Shown: positions 53,210-64,000 of the stretch, one piece after another | How the letters are laid out: the number at the start of each line of letters is the position of its first letter | Position numbering within the stretch: position 1 is the stretch's first letter | Assembly: GCA_964016885.1 (NCBI GenBank) | Contig: OZ024743.1 | Coordinates: 152,210,001-152,274,000 of the forward strand | Length of the DNA: 64,000 bases | Source: Eledone cirrhosa | Lineage: Eukaryota | Direction of reading: 5' to 3' | Notes under the pieces: generated by a model | Databases searched by the model: none | What the model was told of the DNA's origin: nothing | The model's input: the letters and a program-made list of their open reading frames with translations, nothing else | Program-made: the position numbers and the translations under genes

Positions 53210-53445
53210 ATTCTATGACCTCCTCAGTGACTAGGTTTTATTTTTTGTGTCTCTTCTATTATTCTGTCATACACCATCTTGTTTTTGTGTGTTGTGTGCT
53301 TAGTTTGCACATGCATTACATCCGCGTGTGTGTGTGTGTGTGTGTTTTTATTTGCAACATGACCCTCCCAAAGTTTAACAATATCAGTTTCAACACACAT
53401 TTTCAGGAAAGAAATCTCACAAAACAAATTCAAAAACAAATTAAA
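53210..53445. mobile_element. Penelope-family pLTR fragment with internal inversion
   Basis: 53210-53330 matches 29010-29140; 53350-53440 is the reverse complement of 14150-14247. Confidence 0.65.
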
Positions 53446-53487
53446 CATGTATATATATACATATTAATACCACTTCTTGTACCAATC

Positions 53488-53647
53488 AGGTTGGCATTAG
53501 CAAGGGCATCCAGCTGTAGAAACCAAGCCAAAATCAGTTCTGCATGTGTAAGACATGGTCACCTGACATAGAATTGCCCAAAACAGGACAACTCATCTAA
53601 CCCATGCTAGTGTGTAAAAATGTATGTAAAACAGTGATGATGATGAT
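53488..53647 (+). mobile_element. RTE 3' tail fragment
   Basis: ggttggcattagcaagggcatccagctgtagaaacc...(gat)n. Confidence 0.75.
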
Positions 53648-53673
53648 ATATATACTATATAGATATATACGCA

Positions 53674-53704
<31 letters not shown>

Positions 53705-53705
53705 G

Positions 53706-53742
<37 letters not shown>

Positions 53743-54310
53743 CGTGGATGCAGCCTGGACTGTTATTGTTGCTGTAGACAAATACGCCTGGCACAGCAAC
53801 TGATTTCTAAAGTTGACTCCTACTGCTAAATCCTCTGTAAATGAACTGCTTCCTGAGCAAGTGGGTGGCAAATCTCAGACCATGGCAGCACTAAGGAATT
53901 CACAATGGCTGGATTAAATGCTGGTGGAAGTACCTCTGACCAATAGCTAGTATCCTTGTATACCCCTTGTGTTTATGCTAAATCATATGTCGCTGGTGTG
54001 TTGAAATAGCAACACCAATGATCAGCCCAGAACATGAATGAAAAAACAGGAGTAATTTTTATTTCTTCTTCAAGTTTTTTACTTTATTCAACTATTAGCT
54101 GCCAGATGAGGTCATAGCTGTTGCATAACAGTTATCATCGAAATATATATAACAGCAATTGTATAATGCATAAATGAAGTAAATTCTAAACTGTTGACTC
54201 GTAGTTCATTATTATAATCATACTTCGGAGTATTTGTATACTTTATTGATTACTTTATTCTGCATACAATAGCATCATTGATTAAATAACACATATTTTT
54301 CCATATATAT

Positions 54311-55009
54311 CATCATCATCATCATCATCAACGTTTAACGTCCGTGTTCCACGCTTGCATGGGTTTGGACGGGGGTAGTCCCACTTGAGGCAAGAGTGAT
54401 TGTCTTGCTCGCATAGGACTGTCTGGCAGGTTTTCTACAGTTGGATGCCCTTCCTAACACCAACCACATTTACAGTGTGGGTCTGGGAGGTTTTTACCGT
54501 GTTGCCTACACGGCCACATTACAGCGTGGACTGTGTGTTTTTTTGTCGTGACACCTACACGATCTCATTTGTTTCGGCCTCGATGGCGCGGCACCAACAT
54601 AACTTTACATAGAACGGGGTGGTGTGGATGGGGTGGGGGGGTGTGTGTGTGTGTGTGGGGGGGGGGGTGTATTTTGTCAGAGATGCCTACTGGCTGGAGT
54701 AGGTTTTACTATATATTTAGGTAAGGCGGGTCTTCTCTGTTACTGGGTACCGCCAAAGGTCTCGGTCCAGTGACATTGTCTTGGAGAGGTGTAAGTGTGT
54801 GATGTCGGAGTTTATCAGCTCGTCCCAGGTTTTTCTAGGTCTGCCTATTCCGTGACTACCGTCTATCTTTATTGCCCTGCACTTTGTTATACAGCTATCG
54901 ACTTTCATGCGCATCACGTGTCCATACCAACGTAGCCTTCTCTCGAGTAAACAACATCTGATCCCTCTTATCTCTAATTTTTTCCTTAGTTCGTTTATGC
55001 TTTACCGTT
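54311..55009 (-). mobile_element. Young 5'-truncated RTE LINE with TSD
   Basis: Reverse complement near identical to 10804-11490; flanked by ttccatatatat on both sides. Confidence 0.95.
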
Positions 55010-55015
55010 TCCATA

Positions 55016-55046
<31 letters not shown>

Positions 55047-55055
55047 TTTTCCATA

Positions 55056-55097
<42 letters not shown>

Positions 55098-55103
55098 TCC
55101 ATA

Positions 55104-55149
<46 letters not shown>

Positions 55150-55216
55150 TCCATATATATGTATATATATATATATATATATTTTTCCATATATATATAT
55201 ATATATATATATATAT

Positions 55217-55548
55217 GGAGGCACATGGCTTAGTGGTTAGAGCATTGGCCTTGCAATCGAAAGGTTGTGAGTTCAATTCTGAGCCCGGGTGATGTGTTGT
55301 TTCCTTGAGCAAGACACTTTATTTCACATTGCTCCAGTTTACTCAGCTGTAGAAATGAGATGATAGGGACTGAGGTCCATATCATTCCACTGCAAAGTGG
55401 TCGTGGAGGTGCCACAGCAAAAAAGCACCCAGCACTCACTGTAAATGAGGTTGGTGTTAGGAAGGGCATCCAGCTGTAGAAATTAAGCCAGAATCAGTTC
55501 CCGTCCCACCCTTGCAAGCAGGGAAAAAGCGGACGTAAAATGAAATGA

Positions 55549-55552
<4 letters not shown>
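55217..55552 (+). mobile_element. CORE-type SINE (family B)
   Basis: A/B boxes, CORE-like segment, RTE-derived tail, flanked by (TA)n. Confidence 0.88.
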
Positions 55553-55583
<31 letters not shown>

Positions 55584-55589
55584 AGCTAT

Positions 55590-56283
55590 GAAGTAGGAAG
55601 ACCCAGGAAGATTTGGGATGAGGTGATAAAAGCTGATCTTGGACATTAGCACTTCCAAAGACACTGACACAGGACCGAGATCTCTGGCGTATGCAGTAAT
55701 ACAGAAGACCTACCTTCCCATGAGAACAGGCTGAAGCATAAATATAGTATGCACCACATTCACCTCCAGCCCTCCTCCCATGAACACAGGCCGTAGCGTA
55801 CATCTGGTACACACCACCCTCACCTTTATCCCCCTTCCACACACCTCCCACATCCTAACACTCCACCTCTCACACATGCCCATATACCCACCTCCCTAAT
55901 CTCCACACACTCTTCCCACTAAAGCCTCCACCCCACATTGTAAAGTGGTCATGATGGCGACACGTCAAAAAGGCCAAGCCCACATGGTAAAGTGGTTGTG
56001 TAGGTGTCACAACAAAAGTACCCAGTCCATACTGTAAGGTGGTCATGTATGTGTCATGACAAAAGGCACCCAGCCCACACTATAAAGTGGTCATGTAGGT
56101 GTCATGACAAAATGCACCCAGCACTCACTGTAAATGTGGTTGGTGATAGGATGGACCAAAAGCAAGACAAAATCAGTTCTGTAAGAGCTAGACATGGTCA
56201 CCTGATATGGCCTATCTCACAATGGAGCAACTCGTTTAACCCATCGTAGCATGGAAAATAGACATTAAACGGTGATGATGATA
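55590..56283 (+). mobile_element. RTE 3' fragment with expanded 48-bp 3' UTR array
   Basis: VGRPRKIWDEVIKADL, C-rich tract, about 4.5 units at 55933-56140, gat tail. Confidence 0.85.
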
Positions 56284-56324
56284 ATATACATATTTATACA
56301 TATGTGTCTGTGTGTGTGTGTGTG

Positions 56325-56505
56325 TGGAAGGAAGCTGCAGTAGAGGTAGACCAAGAAAGACTTGGGCAGAGGTTGTGAGAGCTGACCTTAAATTGCTGAG
56401 ACTCTGAGAGGAGGTGACGAGTGGTGAGATGCCATGCTACGAAGGATCTGTGCAACTCATGCAAGCGTAAATAAAACTGACATAGAAACAGATGATGATG
56501 ATGAT
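56325..56505 (+). mobile_element. RTE 3' end (subfamily of 1545-1695)
   Basis: GSCSRGRPRKTWAEVVRADLK; (gat)n. Confidence 0.75.
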
Positions 56506-56849
56506 ATATGATGAGTCTACATCACTCAAAGGTTTTTTTAGATGTTTCTTTTTTGCTTCTGTTCGGATGGGTGGAGCAGATTTTGTATTTTCTTTAAGAA
56601 CTGGTACTTAATTGCATCTTCAGTCATAGATCAATGTTGAGAAGAATTATTTTAAGTGAAGAAATATAACAAACAATAGAATTTGATGCTTGAAAACTCA
56701 CAGTCAGTATTATAGCTTAGAAAAAAGTTCATATTTACATATGGTTTAATGTGTGTCATGATACCAGAAATAAGTATATCTAACAATATGTATATTGAGT
56801 GCATTTCCATCGTTTGTGAAAATGTGTGTGAGTGTGTGTTATATGTGTA

Positions 56850-56995
56850 GCTATGGCCTGTGTGGTTAAGAGGTTTGATTTGCAACATGGTCACAGGTTC
56901 TATCCCACTGCATATCACTTTGGGTAAGCGTTTTCTACTGTAGCCACAGATTGAGCAATGTCTTTTGAATAAATTTAGTAAGCATAAACTTTAAG
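56850..56995 (+). mobile_element. Old CORE-type SINE
   Basis: tggcctgtgtggttaag, ggttctatccc B-box, actttgggtaag CORE-like. Related decayed copies near 16360-16510 (-) and 62055-62190. Confidence 0.55.
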
Positions 56996-57020
56996 AAATG
57001 TGACACACACACACTCACAC

Positions 57021-57064
<44 letters not shown>

Positions 57065-58958
57065 CAAGGAAACAACAAACAGAGGTACAAAAGTCTTAAT
57101 AGTTTCATGCTTTATATGGAAAAGGGGAAAGAAAGTTGGACATGCCGTGTTTTAGGTCTTCTTCGGGAGTACAAAAATAGAGAGGATCATAAAGGATAGA
57201 TACAGAAAAGTTTTAAAAAAATGAAAATAAAGAGAGTAAACAAGACAAACCATTAGGTAGTCTTGGTAACGATTTTGGAGTGCAAAGTGAAATGTGTGCA
57301 TATTAGTGTTGAGAATGTACGTGTATGTTTAAACGTGCGTTTTTTAAGGTATATTGTGTAAAGTATCAAAGTTAGTTTGTGTTATGCATATAAGGTTTAT
57401 GGTAAATATAACTACCATTTTTTAATTAGAGAGCTTAGCTGTGAAAAGAATGAATTGTGAAGTGTAAATACTTTCAACTATTCCTTCATACACAGAAGAA
57501 ACATGAATGTGGTTGTGTGTGTTTATCTCTTCTTTTTATATTTGACATCAGTAGTGGTGATTTCTGTTTACATTCTGCATAAACAGAGATTCCACCGCCC
57601 ACCACTTAGATATATGCAAAGATCCGTAGAATTTTGCCTTAAAAAAATCTTGTCAAACTCATGCTAGTATAGAAAAATGACTATAAAACTAGTGATGATA
57701 TATTTCAACATCATGAAATACTATGCAGTTTCAATAATGATTATTAAACATGACTAACAAGTGTGTACTGCACTTATGATTTAAGCCACTTGTCCACTTA
57801 AATTCTGAGTCACCAGTTGTAGTTCTTACTACATTTAACTTTCTACTGTAATATGATATTTCAGAACATTTAACAAGTGGTTTGAATTCACTCTTCCAAA
57901 TTTTTCACATTTATTTTTATATTGCTATGTAATAACAGAAATCCTGTTAAACTGGTATGAATTTAAGATAAGGAAACATAGATAAAATCACTGACATTTA
58001 AATTAAAGTTATTAGATACTGTATTTATATTGGAAATAACAATTTTAACTCTTTTTCTTGGCATGATAGTAGGCTCATAACAAGGCTTGTGATCATGCAA
58101 AATGGAGATCTTTCTTCACCCAATGTTACATAGGGAGCAAAAGAAACTGAAGAAGAAGAATGTATAGGGCTCTATAACAACAACATAACAGGCGTTTTGA
58201 GGGGCCTCACCTTTGTTAGTCTTGTAGGCCCCCATGGTCAGTTTCATACCCATCAGGCAGCAATGCTTTATGATTGGATGCTCTTTTTGTCACCAACCTC
58301 TTACAACGGACAGGGATAGGCTGTACCTATTTTATACCAGTTACACACACTATATTTAGATTAATGTCATTTACATTCATATATAGCGGTAGAAAAAATG
58401 TTGCTAAGAATTTTCAGAAGGCTAAATTACTAAGAGGAAGGACTAAAATGTCTTAACTTATACATTACTGTTAAAGTTTCTTGAAGTGTCCCTGGGTATT
58501 TTCCTCAGTCATTCTATTATAGAACTTTACAATTGAAACAATTAAATTGTGAAAAAATATAATAAAAATTTTAAAGAAATATGAAAATTCAAAATTTTAA
58601 AAGAAAGGGGTATTTGCATTGATCATCAGAACTTTATAATAAAACATCTCTATCTGGGAATCTAAATCAGGTCATGGGGATTTTATCAAACAAAATTTAT
58701 CTTAATCTTTTCTTCTTTGACAATATGTATCCAAGGTCAAACAGAATGCAAACAACTTGTCTACAAAATGTTAAAGGATATGTGTGAAGTATCATCATGT
58801 TTCAGATACTGAAGAAAACTTAAATATAGAGTAAGATAAATATATAAATAAGAGTAGAAGACATATGAACTTATGAATCTGAAAAGTGTAAATCTGCTGC
58901 TTGTTTTATGGTGATAAGTTTAAAAAATTAAAAATTTTAAATATATGGAAAATGAATG

Positions 58959-59340
58959 TATTCTCCAGTCTTGAATAATCCCACCTCTCCTCTTATTCAT
59001 TTTTCAGACCACCCCACCCAACTTATAAAATTTTGGTAATCTATTTCTGGCAAAATTTTATTTTAAGTGGAAGCATTCCTGCAACAATTATTTTTCTTGA
59101 GACCTTAAATTACATTATACATACCTTAAAATATATTATACGTGACAAAATAAATGATTACAAGAAATCTCATATGTTATAAAACAAATAGGATGGGTTG
59201 GGCTCTCAATATGTAAACTAAATGACTAATTCTGGTTTTCAAAAAAATATCAAGGGAGACAACCTAGAAAAATTATCTATTTTCCACCCACTTCCACTGC
59301 TTATTCCAACCACCCTCCTATTATTTGGGGCCCGAGAGTA
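58959..59340. mobile_element. TIR MITE (homolog of 31561-31856)
   Basis: Imperfect TIR tattctccagtcttgaataat...attatttggggcccgagagta. Confidence 0.55.
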
Positions 59341-60606
59341 AACATATATTTAAGTAGTGTCAGCAAAAGAAATAAACTTCAAATGAAAACCCCAAAAATG
59401 AGCCTGTATATAGATGGTCGACAAACTAGAAATAACATTTCACTTTCCTTCAAATGACACTCTACCATCCAAAATGGAGGGACAAGTTAAATATTGTTGT
59501 CCTAAATATGAAATGAGAAGGATGGGGTGTTCATGGCTATTTTGTGTTTTTTTTTATATATAAGTTTAGTGTTGGGAAAGAGTCTGTGCCCATAGGACTC
59601 ACAGATCCTCTGACACTGGTGAGTTTGATGTCCTTAACATTGAACTGGTGTAAGTCAACAGTTGTAAGAAAAATATATGCAGGAAGAAAATTCCAGAGGG
59701 TTAAAGTGCTACTTTATTGTTAAGGTTTTATGCAACAAGTATATACATTCTATTAAAATACATGACTTGTATTTAACAATCATGCATGCTGACCAAACCA
59801 CGGTTGAGAAGGCAAACCTCTGAATTTAGTTTAAAAGAGGCAATAAGTAGATAAGGAAACAATGAATTAAGATCAATAAGAGATGGAACTTCTATAGATT
59901 GAAACCTGTAAGGAAAATGTGGGCAGAGAATTGCTACAGATGCCTGCTGTTATGACAAGAATCCTCTTAGGAAAGTGTTTAATACAGGGTTCATAATGAA
60001 GGCAGAGTTGGGATGTTTGGAGTAGAGAGGAAGGAGAAGCAATATACAGTTCAGACAATTAGAAGCTGATTATAATATTGGTAGAAGTGAAAAAGAGAAG
60101 AAACAGCACATATATCAACCTGTGGTAATAGTGTTGATAAGTGAATCCCACCAACCAATTTGAAGTTTCTGTTTGAATAACATAGCCTAGAATGTTTCTA
60201 TGTATAGAAGCATTGTTTTCGACAGTACTCTGATATGAGTCCTATTTCAGCTCTGTAGAGGGTTGACTACTGATTAGGACTGGCATTTTCAGACTTTGAA
60301 GATGATACTTAGGTCTTTGGGGTGAAGTTTTGGAAATGTTATAGATGTGTGGTCATTATGAAAGATGTTGGTGATCATGTAACATAACACATTTGTTATG
60401 ACTTTAAATGTTGATTAAAGGTAGGGAGTGTTTAAGGTAGTGTAATTGCTTTCTTGATATGACTAGTGTTTGTGATTTGGTGTTGCTAAAGATTAGCTGG
60501 TTGAGTCTCCATTGAACAATTTTTGTAAGGTGTCTTCTCTTGGAATTAGTGAAAGTTTGGTATTAAGTGTTTAAGTTAATTAATGATATTATCTTTCAGC
60601 AGACAT

Positions 60607-60835
60607 TTAACCCTTTAGTTATCAACCTGGCCAAAACCAGCTCTGGTTCTTTGAAATAAAATTACCCATTTTAAAGGTTTCCAATTTAAATTAAAATCTT
60701 CCAGCATAAGAACCTTACATTAAGTTAATATCTTAGTAATGAAATAATTAATAATTTTAGTAAATCCCTTGAAATTCTCATTAATTAATTAAAATAGAGT
60801 ATATTTCCTTAGAAATATGGTCATGAAAGGGTTAA
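60607..60835. mobile_element. piggyBac-type MITE (homolog of 34777-34998)
   Basis: ttaa-cccttt...aaaggg-ttaa. Confidence 0.7.
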
Positions 60836-63274
60836 AGAAGAAGGAAATTTATCAATTCCAATGTTTAGTAATACAGAAAATGGCAGTAATTACAGAAGGC
60901 TAATATTAATGAATCAAATAATAATATTAGAAAGTTAAAGAGTGATATAATTATAAGGAAGAGAATGACAATTTAAGTTTGCACTTGGATATACAATAAC
61001 AATTTAAGTTTGCAACTTAGATATGACATGCACAGTAAAGACCCACAATAGAAATACTTCACCATTATTGTTCTGATCCATTTGTTATGTAATCTCTTGG
61101 TTTCATGAGATTCAATCAACACACAAGTAGGCAATGGATATTTGTTTTGAAACAATTTTTAAATGACAGCATGTACCACGTGATAATATATTACACAATT
61201 CTCCACCCTAGAAACGTACATTCCAATGACATAACTGCTAAGAAATGCAGAGAGCTAGATGTAAATTAATTGATGTCTTATAGAGAAACCTAAGACCAGG
61301 TAAAAGTGGCTGGATGCAAAATCATGAAAAATATTCAGGAGTTTTCTTATTCCAATTATTTTTCTTCTTAACAAAGACACTTTAAAGGTCCTCAGGATTG
61401 CATGATAGGTTTAAAGGCTCTCTAAGATAGGTGCAGTTGATGCTCTCCTTGAACAACTACAAGTCCACAAGAGGGAATATGTGGGGAGGAAAAGAATTTC
61501 ATGGTGTGGAGTATGATACTGTGGGGAAGAAAAATTAGATGCTGTGGTTAATGTGGGAACTGGAGTATTTGGATGCAATGCTTGTGAAAAGAAGTGGGCC
61601 AATGACAGAGTTGAGTGGGCAGAGGTGTGAAACCAGAAAGCTTAAAAGAGTAGACACTATTTTAATAGAACAGAAAAGGTTGAGTTAGTAGGTAACACAT
61701 CAGTGGGTCAGACACTGGAGTGGGTTGGTGACCAACTCCATTCCAATCAGCTGGGTGGCCATTTGTGAATGCCATCTAGAAACTTCATATATATATATAG
61801 CAACAGTACTGTCCCATATGTAGTAGCAGTATTTCATTGAGTTGTTAGTGTACTGTAAGGAAAGGAAATAATTAAAACCTAACAATGTCATAAAAATTAC
61901 CAAGCTTAACACTGACTCAGTATTATTTAGTATTAGTAGTCAGAAGATGTACAAATTGTACAAGTGGGCACCAAATATATAGTAATGAATGATAAACAAT
62001 AGAGGTAAGTCACTGACAGTGTAGTAACATTTACTAAGGCAGAGTACAGAGAAGACTGTGGTTAAGAAGCTTGCTTCACAACTATGTAGCTAATCTTGAT
62101 CCCAATATGTGACACATTGGAACAAGAGTCTTTTATCAAAGTCTCAACTTGTGAGCAAAATTTGGTTGGTGGAAACTGAATAGAAAGGTATCTCATGTAT
62201 AGCCAATAACCTTTACTCAACTTCACAGTTCAATAATGAAGGTTAAGGTTTACAAATCTTTGGCTCAAGATGACATTGTCTGAAAATTTTGAAAAATGAA
62301 ATGTTTTATTTAAACCTCATTCAACACATGCCTTTTTTTCTAGTTGGGAATCAAGGTACAAACATAAAAATTGTAGAATTAGATTAGCAAACTGAACTAA
62401 AGGAATTATTTTGAAACTATGAAATTTTGATAAAACCTGTAGCAATGAATGAGCATAGTTTAGATAAAGTGGTGGATGATTACTAACACAAAATATACCA
62501 CTCAGACATCATGAAAATGATAACTTAACTTCCACTGTATTTTTTTCTTCTTGATATATTAGATTTTTACTGGCATGAAACCAGATAGAATCAGTAAAGA
62601 AGAACATCTGCCAGCAACTTGATGTTAAGAATACAAGATTAGTACTTTCAATGAGAAAATGAATGCAGGTGAAAGACAATAACAATAACAGTAATGATGA
62701 CGATATAAGTATATAATAATAATAACAACAATAATAATATAATGATGATGGTGGTGGTGGTGGTGGTGATGATTTTATAAATTCTTTATTTGTTTTATTT
62801 TGTATTATATAATAAAACTAATTTCTAGCTAGGGAGGAGGGGGTAGAAATTCACTAAATCTCAGTACTTAATTGGCATTTACTATATCAAACCACAAAAG
62901 ATGGAAAACAAAATTGACCTTGATGCAGTAGAACGTAGTGAGGGGGTTAGATGGGAATCTGTATTAAAGCAGGAAGTTGGAGCATCCAACCAATGTCACG
63001 CATTGTTTTCCATTCAATACGGTTATTGAGTGCAGCAACCACTTAGATTTCTCAAGCACCAAACCAAAATTTGTACTTACTTTTTTGCCCATACCAAAAA
63101 AGCCCTATACTTGAGTTTTGGGTGCATAGAATCAAGGAGTTGGCTTTGAGCATCACCAAAGCTCGGCATGCGACTACCTTGATGGGATATACACTCAATA
63201 CATAAAGGGATGAAAATAAATCTCATAAGGTATTTTGTCTGGTGATGCTCAAGGCCAACTCCTTGATTCTATGC

Positions 63275-63594
63275 ACCCGACCTCCCATGGGTACATGCTG
63301 AAGCATATAAACAATATGCCCCCACACCCCCCACCGCAAGGTGGTCGTGGAGGTGCCACGGCAAAAAAGCACCCAGCCCACACTGTAAAGTGGACGTGTA
63401 GGTGCCACGAAAAAGCACCCAGCACTCACTGTAAATGAGGTTGGTGTTAGGAAGGGCATCCAGCTGTAGAAATCAAGCCAGATCAGTTCCTGTATGAGCA
63501 AGGCATGGTCAGCCGACCAGACACTGCACACAACAGGACAACCCGTCTAACCCATGCTAGCGTGGAAGAACGGACGTAAAACGGTGATGATGAT
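63275..63594 (+). mobile_element. RTE 3' UTR fragment (subfamily of 17805-18135)
   Basis: Near identical to the reverse complement of 17811-18135; gat tail. Confidence 0.9.
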
Positions 63595-64000
63595 CTTCCA
63601 ACTTACTGTAGTGGCTGCAGTAAATCACTAGAACACCAGGACAAATACTTCTGCTTATATTTCTTTTTTATATTCTGAGTTCACATCTTACCAAGCATGA
63701 TATTGCCTTCATGCTTCCAGACTTAAAATAAAATACCAATCAAGTAATGAAATTGATTCAATCAATTATAACCCTACTCCTACTTAATTTATTTAATTTA
63801 TGATACTGTGCCTATTTTTTACTGGTTTAAGTATCTCTATATATTGCACCACTAGTCTTCAAGACATAAAGGGGCACAGCATAAACAACACCAGGTTTTA
63901 GACACAGGCTCATTAAATAATGATTTGTAATTTTGGCAAAATCATATAGACCACAGTACTTGACTGGCACTATAGTTTATCAACCTCAGGTAGATGGAAG

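Noticed and set aside
55217-55290. tRNA-like sequences (also at 13685, 30822 and 45645)
   Set aside because: SINE heads: A/B boxes are present but there is no complete cloverleaf, and each continues into a SINE body.
55933-56140. Regularly spaced palindromic repeats resembling a CRISPR array
   Set aside because: Units are contiguous tandem copies with no unique spacers, lie in a LINE 3' UTR, and there are no cas genes in this eukaryotic context.
59600-60560. Probable ancient CR1/L2-like LINE debris (also about 12440-13050 and 61400-61900)
   Set aside because: Too decayed to give diagnostic motifs by eye; needs a profile search.

Overview
AT-rich eukaryotic intronic or intergenic DNA. The repeat repertoire suggests a cephalopod (Octopus-like) genome; this is inference from repeat families, not a database result. 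No host protein-coding gene, rRNA, true tRNA or CRISPR array is supportable, and nearly all long ORF-track entries are microsatellite artefacts or retroelement fragments. The window is a retroelement graveyard. (1) RTE-clade LINEs: a near full-length disabled APE+RT copy at 49.55-53.2 kb, a young 5'-truncated copy with an intact 524-aa ORF at 20.5-22.5 kb, an older minus-strand copy at 17.8-20.5 kb, and many 3' fragments with (GAT)n tails, mostly embedded in (TA)n. (2) A 5'-truncated R4/Dong-like RLE LINE in a (TAA)n repeat. (3) A decayed mariner. (4) Penelope-like (GIY-YIG) fragments with minimal hammerhead ribozymes. (5) Two tRNA-derived SINE families. (6) TTAA piggyBac-type and other MITEs. 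The most notable signals are a PHD (C4HC3) finger inserted inside the RTE reverse transcriptase, a variable-number 48-bp hairpin array in the RTE 3' UTR that is also carried by a chimeric SINE, apparent (TA)n versus (TAA)n target partitioning, hammerhead ribozymes, recurrent fold-back duplications at retroelement junctions, a target-site duplication amplified into a minisatellite, and a 31-nt templated insertion copied from 2.2 kb away.
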